Both the position numbers and the translations under genes were made by a program. The notes under the pieces were generated by a model. It ran no database searches, was not told where the DNA came from, and worked only from the letters and a program-made list of their open reading frames with translations. A DNA stretch of 63,207 nt, counting the filler, from Octopus bimaculoides (lineage: Eukaryota): NCBI RefSeq assembly GCF_001194135.2. It is 5 parts of 4 records of this genome, joined end to end, with 100 filler letters (N's around TTAATTAATTAA, not from the genome) between each part and the next. Parts side by side here need not be neighbours in the genome. Positions count along the whole stretch, not along the records: positions 1 to 28,305 come from NC_068982.1; positions 28,406 to 34,545 come from NC_068985.1; positions 34,646 to 41,935 come from NC_068985.1; 2 more parts are not named here. The stretch is one strand, 5' to 3'. Below are positions 24,650 to 36,410 of this stretch, one piece after another. Each line of letters opens with the position of its first letter. Within the stretch, counting starts at the first letter, position 1.

Positions 24650-24881
24650 GTATGTGCGTGCGTGTGTGTGTGTGTGTGTATGTGCGTGCGTGTGTGTGTG
24701 TGTATGTGTGTGTGTGTGTATGTGTGTGTTGGTGTCTTGTATCAAATTTGATCAGTTATAAAATCCATTTACACTGCGAAATACTAACGGCGAAAATCTC
24801 ATGAGATTCTATTAAATAACATATTTACTATATAGCATTAATGGAGAGGACGACACACACGTGCGTGCACACACACTTATA

Positions 24882-24912
<31 letters not shown>

Positions 24913-24953
24913 TGTATGTATGTATGTATGCACGTGCGTATGAATGAATATAT

Positions 24954-25005
<52 letters not shown>

Positions 25006-25447
25006 CACGGTGGTGCATCAGCATGGCCGCAGCTCTGAGCTGAAACTTTGAAATGAAATGAAATGAAATATACACACACATACATTACACACATATATAT
25101 GTATGCATAGTTACATTCATCTCTGTATGTGTCTTATGTGTGAGTCTGTGTTATATATTATTAGTAGCTTATATACGTATATAGATACATATATAGAAAC
25201 GCACATGCTCGTGTATATATATACATAAACACACACACATACACACAAACACACACACACACACACACGCACACTCATATTTGCATCTGTAGCTACTAAT
25301 AACATTCCAATAGCCCTTTATCCCATCATATCTTATTCTTATACCATTCTGTTGTAATTGTAAATGTTTACTGTTGGGTCAAATGTCAATATTTCTGGCT
25401 CCACATAACTTATTTATATTGTATACCCAAAGTTAAGGAGCAGACAC

Positions 25448-25458
25448 CCGCCATCTTG
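25448..25458. promoter_or_regulatory. Perfect YY1 core motif CCGCCATCTTG in a CpG-containing, pyrimidine-rich patch
   Basis: Sequence motif only. Confidence 0.25.
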
Positions 25459-25918
25459 TCGTTTATACAACGCCCACCTCTTCGTCACTCCCTCCCAGTT
25501 TCCCCGTCACGTTGAGCGTCGATTCTTCTCTGGTCTCCTTCCACCTCTCGCTCATCCCTAGTTCAACATCAGTTTTTGTTAATGGTTTCGCTTCTACAAC
25601 AACAAAGACGGTCACAACAGCAGCAACAACAACAATAATAGAAATAACCAACAGCAGCCAAAATAACTGTTTTAATACAATAACAATTGAAATGACAAAA
25701 CGGTGACAAATTGAGGCTAGAAGCGAGTTAACGAAAACAGCATCAGCACCAGCATGACAAAAGCACGATCAACTTTGTACCAGTAGTAGTTAACAACAGC
25801 CTTACCCGTGAAGAGGCGTCTTACGCAGTCACCACATTTGCTAGATATAGCAACCCAGGCTATCTACCGTCTTAAAATAAAGAGGGAACATTAAGAAAAA
25901 TGTAAGTCTAGGATAAAG

Positions 25919-26572
25919 GGATCTATTTCAAAACGGGGGCACCAGTATTTTCTTAACGAAACACTAACGAAACACTTTGAAACTTGGGACACTGGTAGAA
26001 TGTGTCATATAAAACATCTTTTACTCTTAGTCTTCTTAACAAAAAAACATACATCGCAAGTTATTCCATGTTAAAGTTGTCGTATTTCTGTAATTTCAAC
26101 CAATCACTGACGTCTATTCAGCTGAATAGAGTTACTGCTGGGCGGTCATAAAAATGTTATTCCCTGTGACATATTTCATCCGGTTTAATCGTAATTTATA
26201 CGCATATATTGTTTATATAATAAATTACGCTGTGCGTATCTATGTGNNNNNNNNNNNNNNNNNNNNNNNNNNNNNNNNNNNNNNNNNNNNNNNNNNNNNN
26301 NNNNNNNNNNNNNNNNNNNNNNNNNNNNNNNNNNNNNNNNNNNNNNNNNNNNNNNNNNNNNNNNNNNNNNNNNNNNNNNNNNNNNNNNNNNNNNTAGTAG
26401 AAATTATCGAAATAAGACAATTGTTTACATGAAATAAATTCGAATACAAAAATTTTTTTTTCTGTTCTATAACACAAAATAGATAAGTATATGAAGTTTG
26501 AAAGTCTTTCGGTACCAAAAACACTACATAAAACATAAATGAAAACTGGTGCCCCCGTTTTGAAATAGATCC
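25919..26572. mobile_element. Merlin-like MITE
   Basis: Perfect 27-bp TIR GGATCTATTTCAAAACGGGGGCACCAG at both ends; 8-bp TSD GGATAAAG at 25911-25918 and 26573-26580. GG-starting TIRs with an 8-bp TSD fit Merlin/IS1016. Confidence 0.85.
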
Positions 26573-26589
26573 GGATAAAGGCTAAAGAA

Positions 26590-26910
26590 CCCCTTCGATC
26601 ATGAATGACCTAGAAAGTTGCCCTCCGAGGCACAAATCCGGGCAAGGTTATTTTATGGAAGACCAGCAGTCACCCATGCATACCAGCCTCTCCTCTCCAC
26701 ACCACACCACTGATGTTATCCAAGGGAAAGGCAAAGGTTGATACAGCTTGGCACCAGAGACGTCGCAACTCATTTCTACAGCTGAATGAACTGGAGTAAC
26801 ATAAAATAAAGTGTCTTGCTCAAGAACACAGCACACAGTCCGGTACGGGAATCGAACTCACGACCTCATGATGTGAGCCCGACGCTCTAATCACTGAGCC
26901 ATGTGCCTTT
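26590..26910 (-). mobile_element. tRNA-headed SINE, family C
   Basis: Minus strand AAGGCACATGGCTCAGTGATTAGAGCG...GTGAGTTCGATTCCCG...TGTTCTTGAGCAAGACAC; a matching 3' fragment sits at about 37440-37505. Confidence 0.85.
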
Positions 26911-27507
26911 CTATCTAAATAGAAGACGAGATTGTCAAGTGTGAACGACTTTTGATCATAGTTCTGCTCGATTAGGAATGAGCTGGGGACAACAAAAACA
27001 AGCTAGTAACATTTGAGACAACCATGAAGCCTCTATGCAATCACACTAGCTGCTAGGAAAGCTACACAGATTCCCTTAATACCAACATTACATCATCTTA
27101 AAAGCATTATATATTTTATAATGAAGTTCATGGCTATGACTTACGTCATAACTTTTGATCATAAGTCTACTCGGTCAGAGCTGACCTGGTACTAACCAAA
27201 AGTAACAGTTTTGATTGCTACAACGTAAATAAACAAGAGCACGAAGACGGACAAAATGATGCTAATCAACTTGTCCGGCATGGCAGCGGTTCTGTCAGCT
27301 TTACACAAAAAAATAACAGCAGCAATTATTCTATACGTTGACAATGCAAACATCATTTACGGCAGCTTTTTTCATCAGTTTTATAAGCTATTGGTGTTTA
27401 ATACTAAGTAGACCATTCACGAGCATACAATTGATCACAAATGTTCTAGTTGTGAAGATTCTCCTTTTCCATATATCAGTAACTAGATTGTCCTGTCTAT
27501 CATTTAT

Positions 27508-27732
27508 TTAATCTTTTAGCATTCGTATTACTCTATCAAAATTAATTCTTATTAATTCGCATTGTTTTGAATTAATCAAGCATTATCTTGTAACATTGAG
27601 ATTGCAATGATGTCGTATATTTTTAGAATGACATTGTAGGATAGATGTAAGAGGCCAGATTTTGATGCTTTGAACATACAAGAGGTAAAATATTTGGGCA
27701 AGATATGGCTAGTTTAAATGATAAAAGGTTAA
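27508..27732. mobile_element. piggyBac-type MITE
   Basis: TTAA at both ends (27508-27511, 27729-27732) with degenerate TIRs TCTTTTAGCATT / AATGATAAAAGG. Confidence 0.75.
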
Positions 27733-28126
27733 GGGTGTGCTTTGAGGAGAAATTTGACTGCCATTTCCAGCCGGTTTAACGGTCGTGTAGAAGCTCCCTC
27801 ATTCATTCGTAGAATGTAAGTTTTGTTGGGGGTGGGGTCAATATTTATGATATCTTTGGTTCCTTCTACACTGAGAATAATGGTTAGCTTGGTGAGATTA
27901 ATGTTATTCAAATTCAGTTAGAACATATGCCTGTTGTTTAGTGGGAGGAGAATATATACAGAGAAGTAATTTTAGGTGGAGGGCATTGTGACTCTAAAGT
28001 AGCGTTTCTGAAAATGGGGTGTTGCAATATTTGGTCGGGCGTGGGTTACCTCAGAATGGGGGTGTAGTGACAATAAAACTTGCAATAAAATTTTTATTAA
28101 GACTGCTTGTCGAATAACTGAAACAA

Positions 28127-28181
<55 letters not shown>

Positions 28182-28252
28182 CATACATACATATATATAT
28201 ATATATGTACGAGGCTTTTGTGGCTCAAGTGCTTTTCATACGCCGTATGTAT

Positions 28253-28305
<53 letters not shown>

Positions 28306-28405
28306 NNNNNNNNNNNNNNNNNNNNNNNNNNNNNNNNNNNNNNNNNNNNTTAATTAATTAANNNNNNNNNNNNNNNNNNNNNNNNNNNNNNNNNNNNNNN
28401 NNNNN
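28306..28405. other. Artificial scaffold spacer 44N-TTAATTAATTAA-44N
   Basis: Identical 100-bp layout also at 34546-34645, 41936-42035 and 61157-61256. Confidence 0.95.
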
Positions 28406-28633
28406 CTCTCTCTCTCTCTCTCTCTCACTCCACCATCAAAACTTCTCTTGTTTTTGTTATTCTTATTGTTGTTATTGCTGAACATTAGTCAACTAATTTC
28501 AATAATATTAAAACTATTCATTTCTTTATTGGTTTATTAGTTGGCACCTTTAAACTCATTTAAACAGTTTGCCAGCAGGAATGGCCAAGGGTGGACATCT
28601 AATGACTTATTCTAATGGCAATTTATTACTACT

Positions 28634-28665
<32 letters not shown>

Positions 28666-28854
28666 TATTATTATTATTGTTCAGTAGTTTTATTTTTATA
28701 ACGTGCTTTCACTTCACTACCGAGCGCAGCTCTGTGCGCCTTGGGTATGTGCTGTGGTTTGCTGTGATGCTCTTATGGTTACTGTATTGAAAGTGTTTTG
28801 TGTAGGATGTGTGCAGTGCCCAGTAGTGCAATTTTCTGTATGTTTATTATTATT

Positions 28855-29071
28855 AAGGTGGGGAGCTGGCAGAATTGTTAGCACACTGGACGAAATGCTT
28901 AGCGGTATTTTGCTTGTTGCTACATCTTGAGTTCAAATTCCACCAAGGTCAACTTTGCCTTTCATCCTTTTGGGGTGGTCAATAAAATAAGTGCCAGTTG
29001 AACACTGAGATCGATGTAATTGACTCATCACCTCCCCGCAAAATTACTACCTTTGTGGCAAAATTTGAAAC

Positions 29072-29072
<1 letters not shown>
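28855..29072 (+). mobile_element. SINE family B, CpG-decayed
   Basis: GGGAGCTGGCAGAATTGTTAGCAC...TTCCACCAAGGTCAACTTTGCC...TTTGTGGCAAAATTTGAAAC, then (ATT)n tail. Confidence 0.9.
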
Positions 29073-29074
<2 letters not shown>

Positions 29075-29111
<37 letters not shown>

Positions 29112-29129
29112 TTTATCATTATCACTATG

Positions 29130-29174
<45 letters not shown>

Positions 29175-29229
29175 GCTACTACTACTAGTACTCCTGCTAC
29201 TACTACTACTACTGCTACTCCTGCTGCTA

Positions 29230-29265
<36 letters not shown>
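29075..29265. repeat. Compound trinucleotide microsatellite (ATT)-(ATC)-(ACT)-(GCT)
   Basis: Direct. Confidence 0.95.
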
Positions 29266-29550
29266 TGATGGATGGTTAAGCCAGTTGAGTACCAAGGTAC
29301 TGAATGGTAGGATTGGTGAAGTATCAGAAAAAAATGCCTAGCAGTATTTGTTCCTGCTCTCTACATTCTGAGTTCAAATCCTATCAAAGTTCACTTTTCA
29401 TTTCTCCCTTGTAGAGCCAATTATAAAAATGGGGGTTGATATAGTTAGTTGTCCATTCCCTTCCATTAAATTTCCAGTTGTGTATCTCTGTTAGAATTTA
29501 CAGCTATAATAGCTGAAAACTGAAGCTCCTGGCTTTATAATGATATACAT

Positions 29551-30190
29551 ACATTAAGTATGTCATATAGATAAAGATTTTTCTCAAGAGCTGCTTTCTA
29601 TTGCACAATTTGAATTTTATTCAGGCTATGTGTCATTACAGCAAACCATTGTATTCTTTATACTAGCTGACTCAATTTGGTTTTGAAAGTGATATGTGTT
29701 GGTGACATTGACAAGCCACAAAAACAGTGAAATGTGCATCTGTCATGCTTGCAGTCACTTCTATGATGATTTTGTTTCACCAAGCTCTGAAATATACTGT
29801 GTTTTTAATACAATACATTTATCTATAAAAGGATTTCACTATAGAGTTCTTTGTATTGCATAATTCAAATTTTATTCTGTTTATACAGCACCATTGCAAA
29901 TCAGCATATTGTTCATATATTATCTCTATGTACTTCAGATTGGCCAATACAACCTCATTTTGGAAGTGATGAATATGTGACATTGGCAAGCTGCAAGAAT
30001 GGTGAAATACATATCTGTCACACCTGCAATCACTTTTGAGGTGTTTTTGTTTTGCCTGGCTCTGAAGTATATTGTGTTTTTTAACACAATGTACTTATAA
30101 ATGGATTTTTCCCCCCTTACAAAAAAATGCTGTTTCTGGTTTTTCAACAATACATATACATTAACTATGTCACATAGATAAAGATTATTA
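29551..30190. repeat. Old direct duplication, period about 260-275 bp, with 30-bp direct repeats at the outer ends
   Basis: 29702-29762 aligns to 29977-30037 (46/61 identical, no gaps); ACATTAA.TATGTCA.ATAGATAAAGATT at 29551 and 30159. Confidence 0.85.
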
Positions 30191-30224
30191 TTGTGATTAT
30201 TAGATTGCTAGTTATTAGAATTGA

Positions 30225-30560
30225 CAAAGTACCAGACAAAATATCTTGTGGTATTGAGTTTTATTCCTTTCTGTTCTGAATTCAAATACTGCTGTAAACT
30301 TGTTTTATTTTCTTTTCCTTGTTCCAGATCAAAACAGTAAGTACAAGTTTGATGCAGGGGTCAATTTAATTGATCCCACTCTTCTGGTAGAGTTGTTAGC
30401 ATGCTGGGCAAAATGCTTAGCAGCAATTCATCTGTCTTTATATCCTGAGTTCAAATTACATTGAAAGTGACTTTACGTTTCATCCTTTTGGGGTCAATGA
30501 AATAAGTACTAGCCAAGTACCGGGGTCAAGTTAATCGACTATCCCACTTACCCCAAATAT
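30225..30560 (+). mobile_element. Two tandem CpG-decayed SINE family B copies
   Basis: Second copy GTTAGCATGCTGGGCAAAATGCTTAGCAGC...CATCCTTTTGGGGTCAATG. Confidence 0.8.
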
Positions 30561-30758
30561 CAGGATTTAGAACTATAATAGAATGACTTATTTGTAATAC
30601 AATTACCAACACTCATGCAAAAATCACTATTGTCAATACTCCAACAACAACATCGGTTACTATAATCACCACTTACTACCCCAACCTCTACATCTGCCAC
30701 CAGTACTACTATTGATACTACTACTGTGGCACAGTAATGATTTTGCCTGCTCCCCACC

Positions 30759-30818
<60 letters not shown>

Positions 30819-30823
30819 GTAAT

Positions 30824-31188
30824 AACAAGAGCACTCACAGAGTGCAAACCTCTGCCAAAGCAACACCAATGTCCTCTCAACAATTAGCCAGCGATTACTT
30901 TTAGAATGAGAATATCTGAAATAAACTCAACTGCTCTCATAAATGAGAATACTAAAAATGAACCCGACCGCTCTCAAAAATTATGTAAAAAAGCAGGAAA
31001 AGTAATCCAGAATCCTTGTCCAGTACCAGATCAATCCCAAAATCTAATCAGTTTGTGCCAGCCATGAGTCCAAACACCTCTGAAAGTTTCATCTGAATCC
31101 ATCCAGTGGTTCTTGAGATATCTTCTCCATGGACAAACGAACAAACACAACTGAAAACAATACCTCTACTTTCTCTAAGGTGGAGGGG
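30824..31188 (-). mobile_element. Non-autonomous Helentron-type (HINE-like) element
   Basis: Reverse complement of 62571-62936; terminal hairpin GCACTC-ACA-GAGTGC at 30831-30845; GTTT-type internal repeat. Confidence 0.65.
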
Positions 31189-31287
31189 AGTAGTTGATTA
31201 CATCAACCAGAGTGTTTTACTGGTACTTAATTTATCAACCCCGAACGGATGTAAAACAAAGTCGACCTTGGCTTTGCATTTCATCCT

Positions 31288-31289
<2 letters not shown>

Positions 31290-31352
<63 letters not shown>

Positions 31353-31705
31353 AATAATGATAATACTTTTGCTGCTTTTATCACCCCTACCATCTCCACC
31401 ACCACCACTACTACTACTACTAATAATAATAATAATAATAATAATAATGATGATGATGATGATGATGATGATGATACCACTACTACTGCTGCTGCCGCCG
31501 CCACCACCTCTACCACCACCACCACCACTACCCCCATTACTACTCTTAATTAAGCATCATTGAATACTTTATTGAATTTGCTTATTTCTTAATTAATTTC
31601 ATACCCTTGTCACCCCCACCCACCCAACTATTCCCAACTAACTATTTTATAATAGAGCCTGAGTGAAGGCTAATTATGAACTGTGTGAGTGTGGGTAAGG
31701 GTGTG

Positions 31706-31746
<41 letters not shown>

Positions 31747-32098
31747 TGTGAGTGCATGTGTGTGTGTGATACATTACAGGGAGCGTGGATAGCATGACAA
31801 ACAAAAAAACTATTTAACTCCACTTCCAGCATGATGCATGCGGATATGTGAGTGGGTAGGATGGATAGAGGGGTGGGTAGGTAACAAGGATGATGACGGT
31901 GGTGGTGATGAGAATGATGATGATGATGGCAACAGTTGTGATGATATTGATGATGATGGTGAAAGCTGACGACGATGATGACGATGATGATGGTGGTGGT
32001 TGTGGTGGTGGTGGTGGTGGTGGTGGTGGTAGTGAGGATGAGGATAAGGCTGAGAATGATGATACTGATGATGATGGTGAGAGCTGACGATAATGATA

Positions 32099-32162
<64 letters not shown>
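31290..32162. repeat. Cluster of (AAT), (GAT), (ACT/ACC), (GGT) and (TG) microsatellites
   Basis: Direct; source of the poly-I/M/D/V ORFs. Confidence 0.95.
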
Positions 32163-32579
32163 GAAGTAGAAAGAGAAGGAAGATTGGACAGATTGGACAG
32201 ATTGGTGGGACAGTAAACAATCTATTCAGATGCCTTGTGGTATTTATTCTAGGTCTTTGCATTCTGAGTTCGAATCCCACTGAGGTCAGCTTTGCATTTT
32301 ATTCTTTTTGAAGGTGATAAAGTAAATAGCCCAGGATGCTGGATTAGCAGAACTGTTAGAAGATCAAACAGCATGTATCTCTTTATAGAATATGTACATT
32401 CTGTGTGAGTTCTGAGTTCAAATTCTGCCCTTCACTGAAACGCAGTGACACTTCTGCTGAGGGTTACACTCAACAGGGAGCATCAGCAATTTGGAACACC
32501 AAAGGTAATATGGTTTCCTTTGTTCATTTGGAAGAACAATTGCTATTATTTGTATGTGTGGCTATCAAGATGTATATTT

Positions 32580-32759
32580 ATAGGTGCAGGAGTGGCTGTG
32601 TGGTAAGAAGCTTGCTTACCAACCACATGGTTCCAGGTTCAGTCCCACTGTGTGGCACCTTAGGCAAGTGTCTTCTACTATAGCCTCGGGCCGACCAAAG
32701 CCTTGTGAGCGGATTTGGTAGACAGAAACTGAAAGAAGCCCATCGTATATATGTATATA

Positions 32760-32797
<38 letters not shown>

Positions 32798-33180
32798 NNN
32801 NNNNNNNNNNNNNNNNNNNNNNNNNNNNNNNNNNNNNNNNNNNNNNNNNNNNNNNNNNNNNNNNNNNNNNNNNNNNNNNNNNNNNNNNNNNNNNNNNNNN
32901 NNNNNNNNNNNNNNNNNNNNAGAAATAGCAGCTAAAAATGCTGAAACTCCAATGTATGTGTGTCTATGCTTGTCCCCCCCCACCACCACCATCGCTTGAC
33001 AACCGATGCTGGTGTGTTTGCGTCTCCTCCGTAACCTAGCGGTTCGGCAAAAGAGAGCGATAGAATAAGTACTAGGCTTACAAAGAATAAGTCCTGGGGT
33101 CAATTTGCTCGACTAAAGGCGGTGCTCCAACACGGCCACAGTCAAATGACTGAAACAAGTAAAAGAGTAAAAGAGTAAAG
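32580..33180 (+). mobile_element. SINE family A (spans an N gap)
   Basis: Head at 32580 and tail GTAAAAGAGTAAAAGAG at about 33159-33177. Confidence 0.9.
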
Positions 33181-33182
33181 AG

Positions 33183-33662
33183 AGAGCATCTCTATCCAGG
33201 GTCAAGTCTCTATTGTTGGTGACTGTGGAGCCAAGGTAGATGAAGAAGCTAACAAATTCCATGACACTGGGGCCAATATGGAGAGGGGGAAAGTCCAGGC
33301 CATCTTCAGCATGCATCAGCCTCATCTTCGTCCAGCTCACCTGAAGGCTGAACTTCACCGATTCTTCTCTGTAAATGGTCAGTGCATCCAGAGCTGGTCA
33401 ATTGAGTTGCTGAATAGGGTGGTATCATCTGCATATTCCAGGTCAGTAAGGTGGTAGTTCCCAAAGATAATGTCAGAGACTCACTCACAGAACTTGGTCA
33501 TCAGATAATTGAGAAGCAGTTGAAAAGGTTGGAGTGACCATGCAGCCCTGTCTGACCCTGTTGTTGATGGGGAACCAGTCAGAGTCCTTCCCATTCACCT
33601 GCATGTAGCTCTCAGCACTGCTATAGTGCCATTGGAACAGTGATGATCTTCGGAGGTACACC
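33183..33662 (-). mobile_element. RTE-clade LINE reverse-transcriptase fragment (pseudogene)
   Basis: Minus frames give DWFPINNRVRQGC, DLEYADDTTLF (YADD motif), LQVSWTKMRLM and EFVSFFIYLGSTV, with frameshifts. Confidence 0.9.
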
Positions 33663-33671
33663 TACAAGCTT

Positions 33672-33878
33672 ACTCTTTTACTTGTTTCAGTCATTTGACT
33701 GCAGCCATGCTGGAGCACCGCCTTTATAGTCAAACAAATCGACCCCAGAGCTTATTCTTTGTAAGCCTAGTACTTATTCTATTGGTCTCTTTTGCCGAAC
33801 CACTAAGTTACGGGGATGCAAACACACCAGCATCGGTTGTCAAGCAATGCCGGGGGGAACAAACAGACACACAAACAT

Positions 33879-33911
<33 letters not shown>

Positions 33912-33930
33912 CATATTCGACAGGCTTCTT
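33672..33930 (-). mobile_element. SINE family A, 3' half, partly CpG-decayed
   Basis: TACTCTTTTACTTGTTTCAGTCATTTGACTGCAGCCATGCTGGAGCACCG... Confidence 0.9.
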
Positions 33931-34412
33931 CCAGTTTCCATGGCTTCTTCCAGTGGTGGTGGTGGTTTTGGTGATGACAATGATGATTAGTTATATCATA
34001 GACTTATTTAACTGTTTTGCAAGAAAAACTTTGGAAACTTTTTTTTACAAGTGTGGCAAGTGCATAGAAATGGAAAATTTTATACCTTTTCTATTTAATT
34101 AATTTTATAATAACTTTCATCATAGGTTCAAGCACCCCCACTTAGCCATAGCTATATATGTCACTGAATGAGGAAAAATATGTTATAAACTTCAAAGTTA
34201 GTTGACAATTTTTGTAAATTCACAACAGATGTCTTCATAGGATATTTTCATTAGAATGTTTTTACAGATATTCTGGTGCAGCCTCCCAGAGGTTTTGTAT
34301 AGAAACATTTTACAGGAGATATTCTGTAGGAATATCTATAATTATCAAACATTATGGTGCAGCCTCAGCTCTCAGTCAAACAATCCAACTCAGCATGGAA
34401 AGCGGATGTTAA

Positions 34413-34448
<36 letters not shown>

Positions 34449-34835
34449 GTGGTACAAGTGTATATATATATTGATCCTTTCTTTATGGCCAAGGTGTTTA
34501 AATCAAGACCTTTTTTTGTATATGTTTAAATGAGCTTTAAACATTNNNNNNNNNNNNNNNNNNNNNNNNNNNNNNNNNNNNNNNNNNNNTTAATTAATTA
34601 ANNNNNNNNNNNNNNNNNNNNNNNNNNNNNNNNNNNNNNNNNNNNATATATATATATATATATAATATATTATTGACCTAACTGATATTTCCCTATCATA
34701 TTAAGTTTTGTCTATAATCGTTTGCTATAAATGGTGTATTTGCGATATAAGAGTGAAATTATTTTTCCAATATTTATCTTATAAATTTGTCTATTAATCT
34801 ATCAATGCATCAATCTGTCTATCTGTCTGTCTGTA

Positions 34836-34868
<33 letters not shown>

Positions 34869-35984
34869 GTCTGTCTATCTATCTATATCATAGTCTCTCC
34901 TTTTGTAAATCTCTTTCTAAGTCTTTCTCTCTTTCTCGTTCTCCCGTTATGTCTCTGAATAAGTACGTATATGTTTATGAATTCATGTACATATTTATAT
35001 GTATTTATATATATTTGTGTATGTATGTATGTATGTATGTATGTCTTTATTCAGTTTTTTTCAAGATTTCGTACCAATAGAGAAAGAACCGTTTTCTAAC
35101 CTAGATCCAAGGTTCCTTCATTGGAATTTCAACATCAACAACAGGGTGTTTTTGTTTGTATGTATGTATGCATGTATGTATGTATATATGTATGTATGTG
35201 TAGATTTTTATGTTTTATGTATGTATTCTCATGCATATAAACGCTTATCTAGACATGCTCATATATATTTAAATGATAAACTTCTGGAAAGTTTTACAGA
35301 TTTTTACAGTTCTAGTGATGAACTGGATCTGTAATCTTCGAATTAGCTTTCTCCTTTCAGGTTTTGGTATACACAATCACTTAAACAACACGTGTGTGTC
35401 ATTCTGAAGTGAATGTGACCAGGTAGCTTGTACCTTGCTTTCGCTAATTGTTTTAGTAGAAAGTAGAAGTAGACACCTGTCTATCTGATAGTCTGACAGT
35501 CTTTAAACCAACAGAACATTGAGGATTTGACAGATGGGGTGTAAGAAGGCTATACCAGTACTATGCTGGTGTACCTTGCCAGTTGAGAAGACATGAACTA
35601 CATAAAATATATATTTAATTACCTCGTCACTGATCCTTATCTGAAGCAAGATCAGCAGCTGCACAAAGACTAATATTACATCTGGCTAAATCCTCATTAT
35701 TATGTGTAAGATATATTACTCACAAAGCTCCATCAACACAATAAAGCTCTGTATTACAATTTTCTGTAGGATAAGGGAGAAGTGACACATTTTGGATTAT
35801 CAATGCATTTTTGACGTAAAGGAAGTATGTTCTCAGCTCTGGAAGTGTGTTCTTGTCCGCCGTTCATATTTAGTTTTACGAAAGAAACTATTTACCGTTT
35901 GTAAATGTAAGAGATTGCTATGTCCTAGTAATATAGAAGTGAACTGCTTTAATGCCTTGATTTATGTATATCGTTTATTTTTAT

Positions 35985-36206
35985 TTTTTTTACTTTGTTT
36001 CAATCATTTGTCTGCGGGAATGCTGCAGCATCGGCTTTAGTCGAACAAATCGCACCCCCACCCCACCGGAATTATTCTTTGTAAGCCTAGTACTTATTCT
36101 GTCGGTCTGTTTTGCCGAACCGCTAAGTTACGTGGTCGTAAACACACCAACATCAGTTGTCAAGCGATAGTGGAGGGGACAAACACAGACACAGATACAC
36201 GCACAC

Positions 36207-36252
<46 letters not shown>

Positions 36253-36410
36253 GACAAGCTTCTTTTCAGTTTCCGTCTACCAAATTCACTCGCAAGGCTT
36301 TGGTAGGCCCGAGGCTATAGTAGAAGACATTCAAAGTGTCACGCAGTAGGACTGAACCCGGTATCATTTGGTCGGGAAGCAAACTTCTTACCACTCAGAC
36401 ACGCCTGCGC
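35985..36410 (-). mobile_element. SINE family A
   Basis: Full reverse-complement match, head ...CACGCCTGCGCCT at about 36400-36411. Confidence 0.9.
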
